From the IMG/VR virus record IMGVR_UViG_3300042340_000379, positions 1 through 64,000 of that record: 64,000 nt of DNA; one strand, given 5' to 3'. Within the stretch, counting starts at the first letter, position 1. Every line of letters begins with the position of its first letter. This document shows positions 26,315-36,732 of this stretch, piece after piece. The notes under the pieces were generated by a model. That model worked only from the letters and a program-made list of their open reading frames with translations. It did not search any database and was not told the DNA's origin. Position numbers and translations under genes: made by a program.

Positions 26315-28073
26315 AATCCAACAAGCTGACCCAGCCGATCATGCTTTTGACTACATAGTCAACCAACGCCAATCTATCTGCCTCTTTGGCCAGCCTGGAA
26401 CCGGCAAAACCACCTTAGTTAAAAGGATTTATGACGCTCTGAAAGATCAGGGCGTTTATACTATCTGTACAGCCTTCCCAGGTAAAGCGGCTATGCTGTT
26501 GCCTGGAAAGCCTATGACTTCCTCTAAGCTAGCTAATATTCGGCTGGGTCACCTAAGTTACTATCCCGATACCGATCACACCTATCGAAACAAAGTATTT
26601 GACAACGGTCTCTATATAGAAGACAGCAAAGGCTGCAGTCGGCAGTCAATCACAACTGCAGTTGAAGATGCCTGCCAAGCGTTTACAAAACCTTATCTTG
26701 TCATTATTTTTGACGAGATTTCTATGGCTAGCGCTCAGCATCTACATCTTTTCTATGAGGTCGTCAGGATGAAGCGAGAGAGAGCAGGCCTTTCTATCAA
26801 AGACGTAACCTGGCTTTTAGTTGGAGACTTTGGCCAGCTGCTTCCTCCGGACAACAACACTCAATTGATGTTTGAGCGGCCCAAGTTTGCTGTCCAAACT
26901 AACCAGCGAGAGCAGACTAGCTTTGAAAAGCCTTCATTCTTTGAGCTTGTTAACTGTAAAGTTGTTACGCTGACCAAAATTTGGAGGCAGGCTGACCCTA
27001 GCTATCTCCAAGCTATCAACTGGGCTTATTGGGGCAAAGCTGTTCACCCATCGTTCATCCAGCGAATTGGAATAGAACCCCCTGAGCACGCTGTGAAAGT
27101 GATGTTCAATAATCAGGAGGTCTTAAGGGAGAACAAACGGTATGTTGAGAACTTTATTACCCGCAATCCTGGTTGTAAAATTCAAGAGTTTAGAGCTACC
27201 CATAACTGCACTAGGCATGAATTGAAAGAGCTTGAACCCATCGGGGAATCTTTCACCCTAGCCGTAGCCTTTAACTCAGATGGCTCTCTCAAAGAAAGCA
27301 TGCCATTTATGTGCGCGGTGAATCTGCTTGACGAAAACGGTGACATGATCATTGCGAATGGCGAAACCGTCGAAGTTATTAACATTTTGGGCCCTAAGTC
27401 AATTAAAGTTAGAAAGCACAATAACCAAGAACTAACTTTAGGATTTAACCCCCACCCTGTTTCTCCCAGACGCGATGGATTTGAACCGCAGTTTTATCAG
27501 CTACCTGGCTACCCTGGTTGTACTTCTTCTCTTTATAAGTGCCAAGGTCAAACCTTTGGCCCAGGAGAAGCCCGAATATATGGTACTTGGGAATATGGCC
27601 CTCGCCGGGAGCCCGCGCCTATTCGTCGGCATGGAGCCCTGATCGTAATGGTCAGCCGCAACCAAAACTTAGAGGATGTTTACTTTGACACACAATCTCT
27701 TTCAGGGAAAGCTCAATGTATAGATTTTCTTAAGTCGTCAGTGTATGTAAACGAAAAGTGCATTAGGTTTATGCTAGACGGCAAGCGGCCAACCTGGATA
27801 TCTGACGAGGGTAAAGACGTTTACCTAATAGAGCTAAAAAAAGTCAAAGCAATTACAGGAGGCTATGATTTCTTTTTTGACTACTTTGACTTAGAAGAAG
27901 ACTGCGAGAAATCTGCATATAAAGTTAGGATCAAAGAAGGGAATGTTATATGCGCTGCTAAAAACAAAGTTCCCCTGCAACTTTCTAACGGTAAGGCTAA
28001 GCTATTTAAGAAGCTCGCCAAGATTTGGATAGAAGACTACCTACCCCAGAACATTTACACCATAGAGATTTGA
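26283..28073 (+). CDS. PIF1/RecD-like SF1B helicase
   Basis: GQPGTGKT, IFDEISM, VGDFGQLLP, LTKIWRQ, NG..V, YKCQGQT, VMVSR. Confidence 0.9.
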   Translation: MLTLTQSITPEIQQADPADHAFDYIVNQRQSICLFGQPGTGKTTLVKRIYDALKDQGVYTICTAFPGKAAMLLPGKPMTSSKLANIRLGHLSYYPDTDHTYRNKVFDNGLYIEDSKGCSRQSITTAVEDACQAFTKPYLVIIFDEISMASAQHLHLFYEVVRMKRERAGLSIKDVTWLLVGDFGQLLPPDNNTQLMFERPKFAVQTNQREQTSFEKPSFFELVNCKVVTLTKIWRQADPSYLQAINWAYWGKAVHPSFIQRIGIEPPEHAVKVMFNNQEVLRENKRYVENFITRNPGCKIQEFRATHNCTRHELKELEPIGESFTLAVAFNSDGSLKESMPFMCAVNLLDENGDMIIANGETVEVINILGPKSIKVRKHNNQELTLGFNPHPVSPRRDGFEPQFYQLPGYPGCTSSLYKCQGQTFGPGEARIYGTWEYGPRREPAPIRRHGALIVMVSRNQNLEDVYFDTQSLSGKAQCIDFLKSSVYVNEKCIRFMLDGKRPTWISDEGKDVYLIELKKVKAITGGYDFFFDYFDLEEDCEKSAYKVRIKEGNVICAAKNKVPLQLSNGKAKLFKKLAKIWIEDYLPQNIYTIEI

Positions 28074-28254
28074 CATGCTCCCCTACCTAAAGGAAGAGGA
28101 TTCTCCGGCTAAGCGACCAACCTGGGTTGGTCGCTGTACGGCTGGCTTGACGGTTCAACGGGCATTGCTGGCAAGCCAGTCTTACATACCCTCCCCGTCC
28201 ATTTAGAGTCTTGGGCAAGCTCCTGCCCAGACTTTTCGATATTATAGCTTATTA
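28070..28254 (-). mobile_element. Non-autonomous IS200/IS605 derivative: TnpB-type omega-RNA cassette (copy 2)
   Basis: Reverse complement of 14385-14569 with about 3 differences; its TCAA end overlaps the helicase stop codon. Confidence 0.8.
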
Positions 28255-28269
28255 ATAAAAGGAAAGATA

Positions 28270-30648
28270 ATGGCTATCCCAAAAGCAATGCCCGAAACCC
28301 CGACCGAAATGTCGGGGTTTGAAGTCCATAGCGTTGGCTTCACGTCTGATCCAGAAGAGCTTAGACGAGTGATGTGGATCGTAATCGATAAGATGTACGA
28401 CAACCCAACTAAGTCTCTTTTTAGAGAGTACATCTCAAACTCTATCGATTCTCACATCAGAGCTGGCCAAACCCGCCCGGTTGAAATTACTCTGCCTACA
28501 GATTTAGAGCCTTACCTTACTCTGCGCGATTGGGGTACAGGAATTTCTCGTAATTTTCTTACGGAAGTCTACACAAAACTGGGAAAGTCCGACAAGGTTG
28601 AGTCAGTCAATGAAGCAGGCCAGTTCGGCATGGGCGCTAAGGTAGTCTACGGTCACCTCCGCGCCATCAACAAAGAACAAGCCCTAATCACATCAGTTCA
28701 AAATGGGATAAAAACAGAAGGGGTCGTTCTTCTAAATGAAGGGTGCGTTCCCGACTTAGCCCTGCTTGATTCTGTTGAAACTGATGAACCTAACGGGTGC
28801 GTCTTTAGAGTACCAACGAATGCGGCTGAAATCTACAGTGATGCTAACTACATTCAACAGCTAGCAAATTATTCTCAAGATATCTTGATCACAAACCCCA
28901 TCTCGGTTAACAACACCCCAAAAGTGATCAGAACGGTTCAAACCGACCGCTATCTACTTGAGTATATTCAAGTAAAAAATGCTGAAAATAAGGCTCACGC
29001 TGGCCTTAAAATTGATGGCCGCGTGGTTATCAATGGTATGCCTTATAAGTACCCTTCGTTTATTGATGAAACTTTTAAATTTAACAGATTTGACTCTGGT
29101 CTAAATTACTTTAGATTCATAGCCAAGTTTGGGCCGAACGATCTAGAGTACACAGCTTCCCGTGATGCTATTAGAGCAGAAAGCTCTGATAAAATCACAG
29201 CTGTTCTTAAAGAGGCAACAGAGCATTTTAGAGCTCTAGTTCAGCATGAGTTAGATTCTTGCGACACAGCTTTACATGCTCAGCAATGGCTAAATTTAGA
29301 ATATGGTCTCTTGTCCTTTAAGAACTTTCAGTGGCGTGAGAGAGTTTATCAAACAAACTCTGAGTACTCTTCGAGTTTTGATAAGCTTTTCCCGGTTGAA
29401 CTAGAAACCCCTAGCTCAAATCTCTCTTTCTTATTCTTAGCAGGGTCAGCAAATCCCACCTATGTCTACACCCATTTCCAAGACAGCGATATTCTAAACG
29501 GGGTAACAAACAAAGACGGTATAAAGCAATTTTGCCTATTGGGTGCTTCAGGTAAATTCGCCAAAGTTCCAAAAAAAGCAAATGTGGCCCTAGAGTTTAT
29601 GGAACGCTACCCCGTGGTAGTCATGAACCAAGCAGACAGACTAGGCAAGCAAATAGCCAAAGATCTCAATATTGAGGGCAGCTTCTTTGTCGTAAAGCTT
29701 CCTTCTCTCAAGACTATTCCAGAATATCTGCAAGTCCTGCCCACCCGATTAGTCTACGCGCCCGAAAAGGTTGAGAGGGTAAAATCAAACAAAGAGATTG
29801 ACCTAGAGAAGAAAATTCTATCCATGTCAAGATCAGTGACAGGAGTTTTTGGAAGGGATGGATGGGCTAGCATCCTTAAGCAGAACGAAGTATCAGTCAT
29901 AGAACTACATGAAGCCTATAGTCACGCAAGACAAACCCTGTTCGAGCATTGGAGTAAATTCACATACTCTGTAAGCCCTTCGCTTCACAGTTATATGATG
30001 GACTACAACTCCAATGTAGAAATGAAGTTTTACGGCCCTACTAACTTGATAAAGCTGTACTTTAAGCAAGACTGCTTCTTCTACACAGGGCTTGAAATGT
30101 TCGCATACTTTGGGGTTGACCCAGGGTGGCTGAAAAACATCCTTAAGGAAACAAAGCGCGATGACCTAGTCTGTTCATTGGATCAATACAGAATTTATGT
30201 TAATTTTGTATCTCCAGAGTTTCAAGCGCTTCAATGGAGTCAAGAGAGCGAATATAAGCTAAAATTTGAAGAGATCCTAAATCAGTACCTTCCCCAAGAG
30301 CTAATTAAAGCTCTACGAGGAAACAAAAACCCCCTGAACATTCCTGTCAGAGACGATTCTAGATACCTTGGAGAGGATCAAATCATTGGGGATTGGCAAG
30401 ACGATAGAGTTGTCAAATCCTATATGAATGCAGAGAGTCAACACAGTCAGATTGGGCGGTATGTTGCAGAGAGTCAACACAGTCAGATTGGGCGGTATGT
30501 TGCAGAGAGTCAACACAGTCAGATTGGGCGGTATGTTATAGCCCGTTGGCTAGGCCTAGACCCAATCAATGCTCTCTGGGCTGCTCTCCCAGGAGCAAAT
30601 ATTTATCAAGTGAGCGATCGAGTAAAAGCACTAGGAATTACCTCATGA
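28270..30648 (+). CDS. rIIA: rIIA-like protein (GHKL/Hsp90-like ATPase N-terminus)
   Basis: MYDNP..LFREYISNSIDSH, LRDWGTG, G.S.K, GQFGMGAK, TDEPNG, TASRD. Confidence 0.8.
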   Translation: MAIPKAMPETPTEMSGFEVHSVGFTSDPEELRRVMWIVIDKMYDNPTKSLFREYISNSIDSHIRAGQTRPVEITLPTDLEPYLTLRDWGTGISRNFLTEVYTKLGKSDKVESVNEAGQFGMGAKVVYGHLRAINKEQALITSVQNGIKTEGVVLLNEGCVPDLALLDSVETDEPNGCVFRVPTNAAEIYSDANYIQQLANYSQDILITNPISVNNTPKVIRTVQTDRYLLEYIQVKNAENKAHAGLKIDGRVVINGMPYKYPSFIDETFKFNRFDSGLNYFRFIAKFGPNDLEYTASRDAIRAESSDKITAVLKEATEHFRALVQHELDSCDTALHAQQWLNLEYGLLSFKNFQWRERVYQTNSEYSSSFDKLFPVELETPSSNLSFLFLAGSANPTYVYTHFQDSDILNGVTNKDGIKQFCLLGASGKFAKVPKKANVALEFMERYPVVVMNQADRLGKQIAKDLNIEGSFFVVKLPSLKTIPEYLQVLPTRLVYAPEKVERVKSNKEIDLEKKILSMSRSVTGVFGRDGWASILKQNEVSVIELHEAYSHARQTLFEHWSKFTYSVSPSLHSYMMDYNSNVEMKFYGPTNLIKLYFKQDCFFYTGLEMFAYFGVDPGWLKNILKETKRDDLVCSLDQYRIYVNFVSPEFQALQWSQESEYKLKFEEILNQYLPQELIKALRGNKNPLNIPVRDDSRYLGEDQIIGDWQDDRVVKSYMNAESQHSQIGRYVAESQHSQIGRYVAESQHSQIGRYVIARWLGLDPINALWAALPGANIYQVSDRVKALGITS
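30430..30537 (+). repeat. 36-bp perfect tandem repeat x3 (AESQHSQIGRYV) in the rIIA C-terminus
   Basis: GCAGAGAGTCAACACAGTCAGATTGGGCGGTATGTT three times. Confidence 0.97.
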
Positions 30649-31508
30649 ATACCCAAACCCAAGTCCAAGACAAAATCACTTCAGTTTACACCACCCAGAT
30701 AATCCGGTTCATCAAAGGTGAAAACACGCTGTCATATTCCTTCGGTGACGAGATGCGCATCATCTCTCGTGACCTTCCATACTTTGACCTTCTGGTTGAC
30801 GCAATAGATAACAATCCTGAACTTCTGACTGAAAATCAGGAGAAACTTATTTTTCAATCAACCCAAAATGGTACTATCGACCAAGCCGGTCGGTTCTGGT
30901 ATAACGGGAAACTGTTTCCTGTTGGTTCTGCCTGCTTGGTGAAGCGAGCTGAAGAAAGCGGCCTCTCACTAGAGCCTGTACTCGCTTTCTTGGAAAAAGC
31001 CGAGCAATCTCCTGAATACGCCAAACTAGTAAAACTTGTCTCTGACAAAGTGATAGAGATCACTTGGGACGGCAACGTCATTCTCTATACTAGAGCAGCC
31101 TGGGGAATGAAAAAGATTGATGCTACAACTTGGATTGATGAGGAAACTGTCAAGCCTGGTCAAGTAGAAAGTTTCAAAGTGCCCGCTCGTACCGGCACGT
31201 TTGAGTACATTACACGACAGTGCCCTGACCAGGGAGTAATCTTTGAGGCAATGGTTAACCCAGCAAACGTCACCAGTGTCAACGACTTTCTTTACGTAAC
31301 AGAGTATACAATTCTGGGACGACTGGAAGAAAAGGCGCAGCCTGATAACTACGGCATCAGCCTAGTATACCGGGCAACCCAAGATGCGGGTCCTATGCTT
31401 GTACGGAGTCCCTATAACATAGACACGGCTAGAGCTTACCTGTCTGCCTGCGTCAAAGGAACAACCGTTAGTTCGCTAGAAGGCGTTTCAATTAGCGGTT
31501 CCTGCTAG
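30645..31508 (+). CDS. rIIB: rIIB-like protein
   Basis: ATGA-coupled to rIIA; ITWDG.V..Y and VNPANV.SV....V..Y pattern. Confidence 0.6.
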   Translation: MNTQTQVQDKITSVYTTQIIRFIKGENTLSYSFGDEMRIISRDLPYFDLLVDAIDNNPELLTENQEKLIFQSTQNGTIDQAGRFWYNGKLFPVGSACLVKRAEESGLSLEPVLAFLEKAEQSPEYAKLVKLVSDKVIEITWDGNVILYTRAAWGMKKIDATTWIDEETVKPGQVESFKVPARTGTFEYITRQCPDQGVIFEAMVNPANVTSVNDFLYVTEYTILGRLEEKAQPDNYGISLVYRATQDAGPMLVRSPYNIDTARAYLSACVKGTTVSSLEGVSISGSC

Positions 31509-31640
31509 ACAATTAAAAGTGCTGGTTTGTTAAAACTTTGATAAGCGATATTAGACCAGCACTTTTCTAAAAAAAACCTGTCATAATTAAAAGCGGTGTA
31601 ATAAAATTTAACATCCGCTGGTTCACTTTTGAGAAATAAA

Positions 31641-32111
31641 ATGGATCTAATTAATTTACAGGAGATAGCATTGCTTGAAAATATCATCATGAATAGAAAG
31701 AGTCAAATAGATTCTACCTACAAAATAGTGCCTGCTTGCAATGTATCAATAGAGAAAGTCACAGAGTTTGTTTTAAGCGACCTTCTTTTAGACGATAGGC
31801 CTTTTCTACTAGATTCGCTCAAAGTTTTAAGCAAAGAGGGTGTGTGTACAGAAGGGCTGTCTTACTTTGTGAAGTTTATAGACCAACAGCTAAAACCAAT
31901 AAAAGATGAAGAAAGCGCAAAGGAGGGACTTGAAAAAGAATTACAGCTTATAGAGAGGGCTACACTCGCTCTAATGCGCGAGAATAACGAGATAGCCCTA
32001 GGGCAGCTTAGAGCCCATGTAAATCGCATGAGTACTCAGTGCGCGGAGGTTAGAGACAAATTTTATAGCTTAACATTCCCAATAAGCTCTCAGGGAAAAG
32101 ATTTGAGCTAA
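31641..32111 (+). CDS. hypothetical protein
   Basis: ORF of about 156 aa. Confidence 0.55.
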   Translation: MDLINLQEIALLENIIMNRKSQIDSTYKIVPACNVSIEKVTEFVLSDLLLDDRPFLLDSLKVLSKEGVCTEGLSYFVKFIDQQLKPIKDEESAKEGLEKELQLIERATLALMRENNEIALGQLRAHVNRMSTQCAEVRDKFYSLTFPISSQGKDLS

Positions 32112-32170
32112 TTATTTTTTGCAATTTTTATCTAGGTGAGCTATTCTTGAGAGGAAGCTTAAGGTTCCCT

Positions 32171-33478
32171 ATGCCAAAGTTAGCCATCGAAGAAGTTCAA
32201 GAAACCCAGCTAGTGATGTTTGACTACGCTTCTATAGAAGGAGGCGCTGATATTCAAAACACCACACAGCAAATAGTCGTGCTCTGGTCTCAGAGCATTG
32301 AAGCTATTCGGCAAGTTGGGATTCATTTGAATGAAGTCAAGCAAAGACTCCATCGCAGCCAGTTTATGAAATGGATTGACGTTGAACTGAGCCCTATTGG
32401 GCTTTCGTATGACCGAGCCATTAGCGCCATGAATTTTGCAAAAGAGTACAAACGAGTTGAGGGAACTCCAAAAGAGGATGCCCTAAAACTTATGGCATCT
32501 CAAGATATGCTCAGCATTATTTACCGCATATCTTCTGAAAAGACTCCAGAAGCTTTGAGAGATAGTGTCTATGAGATGGTCTTAGATGGAGAAAAACCAG
32601 AGCGAAAGAAAATTGAAGAGCTTAAAAAGATGTGGCGAACCCATAATCTTCAAGAAGCTGGGAGTAATCTATCGGCAGAAGCGGGTTCTCTTTTAGTCCA
32701 AACAGAAATTGCCGAAGATAAAGATCAACTTCAAAGGATTTCTAAACTGAGTAAGCGCAAGCAGCTAATGGTAGCAAAATCAATTGCGTCAGGTTCTGCT
32801 TCTAGCACTCGGGAAGCTCTAAGGCAAATTAAAGAGGAACCTGAAGAAAGCATAATTGACGTAGATTCTGTTGAAAGTGTAGAGGTAGCTCAAGTTGAGA
32901 CTGTTTTAACCCTTAAGGGTAGATGGCAAACAGCTATCAGAAAAGTAGCCTCTGAAAGCGTGAATATCGCGCTTGTGGAAGCTCCTAACTCTTTTGAGTG
33001 GGTTCAAACAGAGTACGCAAATTTGCTTAAAGCGCTTGGGCCAACCCTTGCTTTAGGGGGATTTGCAATTATTAGTATGGGACAAAAGGCTATCACTGCC
33101 ACTTACGACGTGACAGAGGCTAATGGTCTGCATGTCCTCCAGCCTTTAGTGCTCCGTCTTCAACCAGGGCGCACATCTACTATCGTTGGAATTAACGTAA
33201 TGACAGCGAGCCGACTCGCGCTTGTTGTTTACAAATCACCGTACCGCCAACCAAAAGGAATGTTAGTTGACCTCCAAACTGTTGGAGAATCAACTGATGC
33301 TCAAGATTCAGTTGAATCCGGCATTGAGGCGGGGTTTGTTAAGTTTCTAACTCAACTAGGCCACGCAGATGATACCCTTCTTCATCTTCAGATAGATGCC
33401 AAAAAATCATTTAACATGAGAGAAGCTCTCATAAAAGGAACAAAACCGTTTGTAAAACAGTTTATAGCCATTGGATAA
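32171..33478 (+). CDS. DUF3102-like protein with a degenerate C-terminal methyltransferase-like domain
   Basis: FDY......IRQVG.HL.EVK..L....F..WI; C-terminal ESVNIALVEAP resembling S.D.I.TDPPY. Confidence 0.5.
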   Translation: MPKLAIEEVQETQLVMFDYASIEGGADIQNTTQQIVVLWSQSIEAIRQVGIHLNEVKQRLHRSQFMKWIDVELSPIGLSYDRAISAMNFAKEYKRVEGTPKEDALKLMASQDMLSIIYRISSEKTPEALRDSVYEMVLDGEKPERKKIEELKKMWRTHNLQEAGSNLSAEAGSLLVQTEIAEDKDQLQRISKLSKRKQLMVAKSIASGSASSTREALRQIKEEPEESIIDVDSVESVEVAQVETVLTLKGRWQTAIRKVASESVNIALVEAPNSFEWVQTEYANLLKALGPTLALGGFAIISMGQKAITATYDVTEANGLHVLQPLVLRLQPGRTSTIVGINVMTASRLALVVYKSPYRQPKGMLVDLQTVGESTDAQDSVESGIEAGFVKFLTQLGHADDTLLHLQIDAKKSFNMREALIKGTKPFVKQFIAIG

Positions 33479-33611
33479 TCTTCCATAAATGGAAACTCAA
33501 CCCCAAGCTCAGCCTGCTCAAAACTTAGACAAAAAAATAGAATTGGATAACATTGAAAAAAGAAAGAAGGTAGAAGAAAGCCTAAAAAGAATGGTTGAGT
33601 CAATAAAAGAC

Positions 33612-35801
33612 TTAAAAGAACATCTTAATAAGGGGTGTTACAGGTGAAATGGTTCTAGACGTTGTATTCTTTAGAATAAATCCATTCATAGACTTTGCAA
33701 TAACTGAGATCCCTTCTACGTCCTGAAGTGTATCAGCGTAGTAATTTGCGGGTGCAATTTGAGTCTCCCAGCTCGGCTGGAAAACAACGTCCCCCTGCCG
33801 GATGGCCGCAAATAGAGGGCCGGGATTGCAGTCTACAGTAAGAGTTCCAGCTCCTACACTTCGAGCAACAATGTTAACCGTCGCGATTTCTTTATAGTTA
33901 CGTTGAATGTAGGCTTGACCTAACGAAAATTCAGCGGGGAAACCAACATTTAAGTTACCTCGAACAGAACCATTTGAAGCAATTGTCTGCTGACCAATCC
34001 CAATGCTAGTTCCAATGGTAAACGCCAATCCAGGAACATTAGATGTGATTGTAAAAGTAGACTGACCCGATGTGTAAGTTACAGAAACTGTTGTAAGCTC
34101 ACCATTAGCAATTGAAGTTTCAATTTGGCTTACAATGGCTGCGGCAACTAATCTTTTCTTAGCAATCCAGCTATTGCTGTTTCCACCAGAGAATCCAGTA
34201 AACTGCTTACCTTCAATGTTAACCCACTCCGTTATGCCTAAAGCATTAACTGTCGAGTCAGTAAAACCAGATGTGATAACCTCACAAACTACTTGTTGAG
34301 CAACCCCTGCAACAGATGCAGCTCCAGGGTTTTGAGTGATAGCATCACTAAATAGTCGAGTCTGAGGAAAACGAATAAAGGCTGTTTCTTTAGGCCGCAG
34401 CTGAATAGGTGTGAAAACAAACCGCCCTTTATTTTCAGAGATAGGAAGTTTATAGTCTAAAAGAAACAGACAGTTAAGCATCCCAGGAACAGCAACCGGG
34501 TTAGTGGCCAAGTTGATGTTTACTCCATTAAGAGTAGGAACTTGGTCAATGTCATCGGGAACAGCCTCATTCAAAACGAGCATGTCTCGAATGACGCGAA
34601 CGGCCGTAGGAGTAAGGTCAAGAATAGCCGCAGAAGCCTTGAATGATTGGTCAACTGTAAATGTGATCTGAGCCCGCAGCTCGTAGTCAACATAAAGTCG
34701 AAGAGAATGGCCAGCCCTATTTCGAATGACAACTTGTGACCCTTGGCCCAAAAGAAATGAATCAGTAAGAGTATAAGGGCCGCACACTACTCTAAGCCTT
34801 CCCTGATAAATTTCAGCTTTAACAGTTCCAGCTGTAAAAATTGGGCCGTCACCTTCCCACTCATCTAGTGTAAATCGACAGGTCCAGTCATCTTTAGATT
34901 GCTGACTTCCTTCACCAGTAGCTGCAAAAGGCGACTGAGGGTAAATTAGTTTTTCATCAGCGCGACTGGCTGTACCTAAAGTACTCTCAATAAAAGAGGT
35001 GGGAAAAGGTAAAGCCTCAAGTTGAAAACCAGCAATAGCAAAAGTAGAACCACCCCCACCAAGAGAGAGCGCAATGGTAGTTGGCACCGTATAGTCCTCA
35101 CTAGCCGTGGCACCACTAAGACTGTTATCGTTAACTGTGGTGGCAACGTTTACAGAGTGAGTAACAGGATTTCCATTTTCAAGGTATTGTGACTGCGGCC
35201 CAACAGAAAATTGGAGAACCACTCTCTTAAATTTGCGGTCGTCTTTTTCAAACGCCTGGCCAACTCCCCAAAAGCTTTGAAGAGAAAGCCCGTCAAGCTC
35301 GTTAGTGTTAGGAACCCCGCCGCTAGTTAAAAAGTCCCCATTTAGAACATAGAGCCGGTCGCTAGTATTGACCACACCCGCAAGTTTACTCATGTAAACC
35401 GATAGAGTGTAAAACCCTGGCTTTAGATTAACAGTCTGGTAAATAGAGTGAGAGCTGACGCTTCCTCCACCAGAAGCTGAAATTTTGTCAGCAAGATAGT
35501 TCTTAGTCATAGACAAAATCAAGTCAGTGTTGACTTGAACTTGGCTACCCACAACCCAGGCAAGTCCTTGAAGATTCATAGAATCCTCAATGAGGTTAAC
35601 CGTGCCAGGCTCTAGCATTAAACCGCCGTTTAACAAGAAACGAGGTTCATGGATATTGGATTCTTTAAGATAATAACTGCGATTTTCAACAAAAGGAACA
35701 TAGGCTGCTGACGCTCGCTCAAAATTAGGGATAGTTCCGTTTGAGGGCAGAATAGTTCCCGTCAGGTTAAAAACAGTACTGCGAGCGAGATCAATGGGCA
35801 T
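33612..35801 (-). CDS. virion structural protein (carbohydrate-binding / head-spike-like)
   Basis: FERAS.A, PRF..GGLMLEP..VNL, QLEA..FPTSFI.....RADE motif set. Confidence 0.7.
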   Translation of the reverse strand: MPIDLARSTVFNLTGTILPSNGTIPNFERASAAYVPFVENRSYYLKESNIHEPRFLLNGGLMLEPGTVNLIEDSMNLQGLAWVVGSQVQVNTDLILSMTKNYLADKISASGGGSVSSHSIYQTVNLKPGFYTLSVYMSKLAGVVNTSDRLYVLNGDFLTSGGVPNTNELDGLSLQSFWGVGQAFEKDDRKFKRVVLQFSVGPQSQYLENGNPVTHSVNVATTVNDNSLSGATASEDYTVPTTIALSLGGGGSTFAIAGFQLEALPFPTSFIESTLGTASRADEKLIYPQSPFAATGEGSQQSKDDWTCRFTLDEWEGDGPIFTAGTVKAEIYQGRLRVVCGPYTLTDSFLLGQGSQVVIRNRAGHSLRLYVDYELRAQITFTVDQSFKASAAILDLTPTAVRVIRDMLVLNEAVPDDIDQVPTLNGVNINLATNPVAVPGMLNCLFLLDYKLPISENKGRFVFTPIQLRPKETAFIRFPQTRLFSDAITQNPGAASVAGVAQQVVCEVITSGFTDSTVNALGITEWVNIEGKQFTGFSGGNSNSWIAKKRLVAAAIVSQIETSIANGELTTVSVTYTSGQSTFTITSNVPGLAFTIGTSIGIGQQTIASNGSVRGNLNVGFPAEFSLGQAYIQRNYKEIATVNIVARSVGAGTLTVDCNPGPLFAAIRQGDVVFQPSWETQIAPANYYADTLQDVEGISVIAKSMNGFILKNTTSRTISPVTPLIKMFF

Positions 35802-36447
35802 GTGATAACTCCTTTAAGTTGACCATTGGATTGAAAACACCTTCAACCGCCCGGTTAATAAGACTAAGTTGATAAGGAACTTGAGAAAGCATTTGCTTAC
35901 GATCGCCTTCAGGCATTTCAGCAAGAGTTTCAACAACAGATTGAGGAAGCCCAAGAGTCTGGGCTACAACCTGAGATGAAAGCCTTCGACCTGTCGTAAT
36001 AAGAACATTTTCAGCTAAAAGATCTTGGTAGGTTTCTTCATCAAGTTTCTCAAAATTAACACCGGCGAGCCTACAAGCTTCATCCATATACTTTTGGGCT
36101 TCATTAAGCTCACGCTCAGCATCTGAAATCTGTAAGTTAATATAGCTTAGTCCGGCTGTCATTTCCTCCAGCTCAATTTTAAGAAGCTGCATTTTGAGAT
36201 TAAGGTAGTTAGAAACCTCCAAATCCCCCGCCGCTTCGGCTTTTTGCGCCTCGTTACGTTGAAGAGAAATTTCAGACTCTTTAAGCTTTATATTAACCTC
36301 ATGTTTTCGGAGGTCATACTGAGCCTTAACTAACGCCTGCTCGCGGTCAAGCCGCTGAAGATACGCCTGGCGATGTTGGCCAATCAAAGTTGGCTGAGCT
36401 TTTACAAGCCATTCAATTTGCTTATTACTGTTTGTGCTAAGTTGCAT
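35791..36447 (-). CDS. coiled-coil hypothetical protein
   Basis: Heptad-rich; abuts the previous gene. Confidence 0.65.
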   Translation of the reverse strand: MQLSTNSNKQIEWLVKAQPTLIGQHRQAYLQRLDREQALVKAQYDLRKHEVNIKLKESEISLQRNEAQKAEAAGDLEVSNYLNLKMQLLKIELEEMTAGLSYINLQISDAERELNEAQKYMDEACRLAGVNFEKLDEETYQDLLAENVLITTGRRLSSQVVAQTLGLPQSVVETLAEMPEGDRKQMLSQVPYQLSLINRAVEGVFNPMVNLKELSHAH

Positions 36448-36731
36448 TAAAATCCCGCCTCCGAACCTGACCAAGTAGAAGGAGTTTGAAGAGTAACCCC
36501 AACTGTACCCAAAACACCTCGGTCAAAAGAATAACCAAAAGTGGTTTTGCTAATACCGTTTATGCTGCCATTTGGGTTAGGCACAATTGGGCCAGCCACG
36601 TTTTGAAATCGTTGGACAGGGATATATTGAGAAATATACCGCGTAGTTGTATAGGAAAGTTCTTGAACAGTACCAGTGTACTGTAAAACTTTTCCATTAA
36701 AAGCAACACCTGTAACAGTAGTAAACTGCAT
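36447..36731 (-). CDS. hypothetical virion-module protein
   Basis: Within the minus-strand structural operon. Confidence 0.6.
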   Translation of the reverse strand: MQFTTVTGVAFNGKVLQYTGTVQELSYTTTRYISQYIPVQRFQNVAGPIVPNPNGSINGISKTTFGYSFDRGVLGTVGVTLQTPSTWSGSEAGF

Positions 36732-36732
36732 A

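Noticed and set aside
30430-30537. 36-bp repeats as CRISPR
   Set aside because: Head-to-tail with no spacers, and in frame within a CDS
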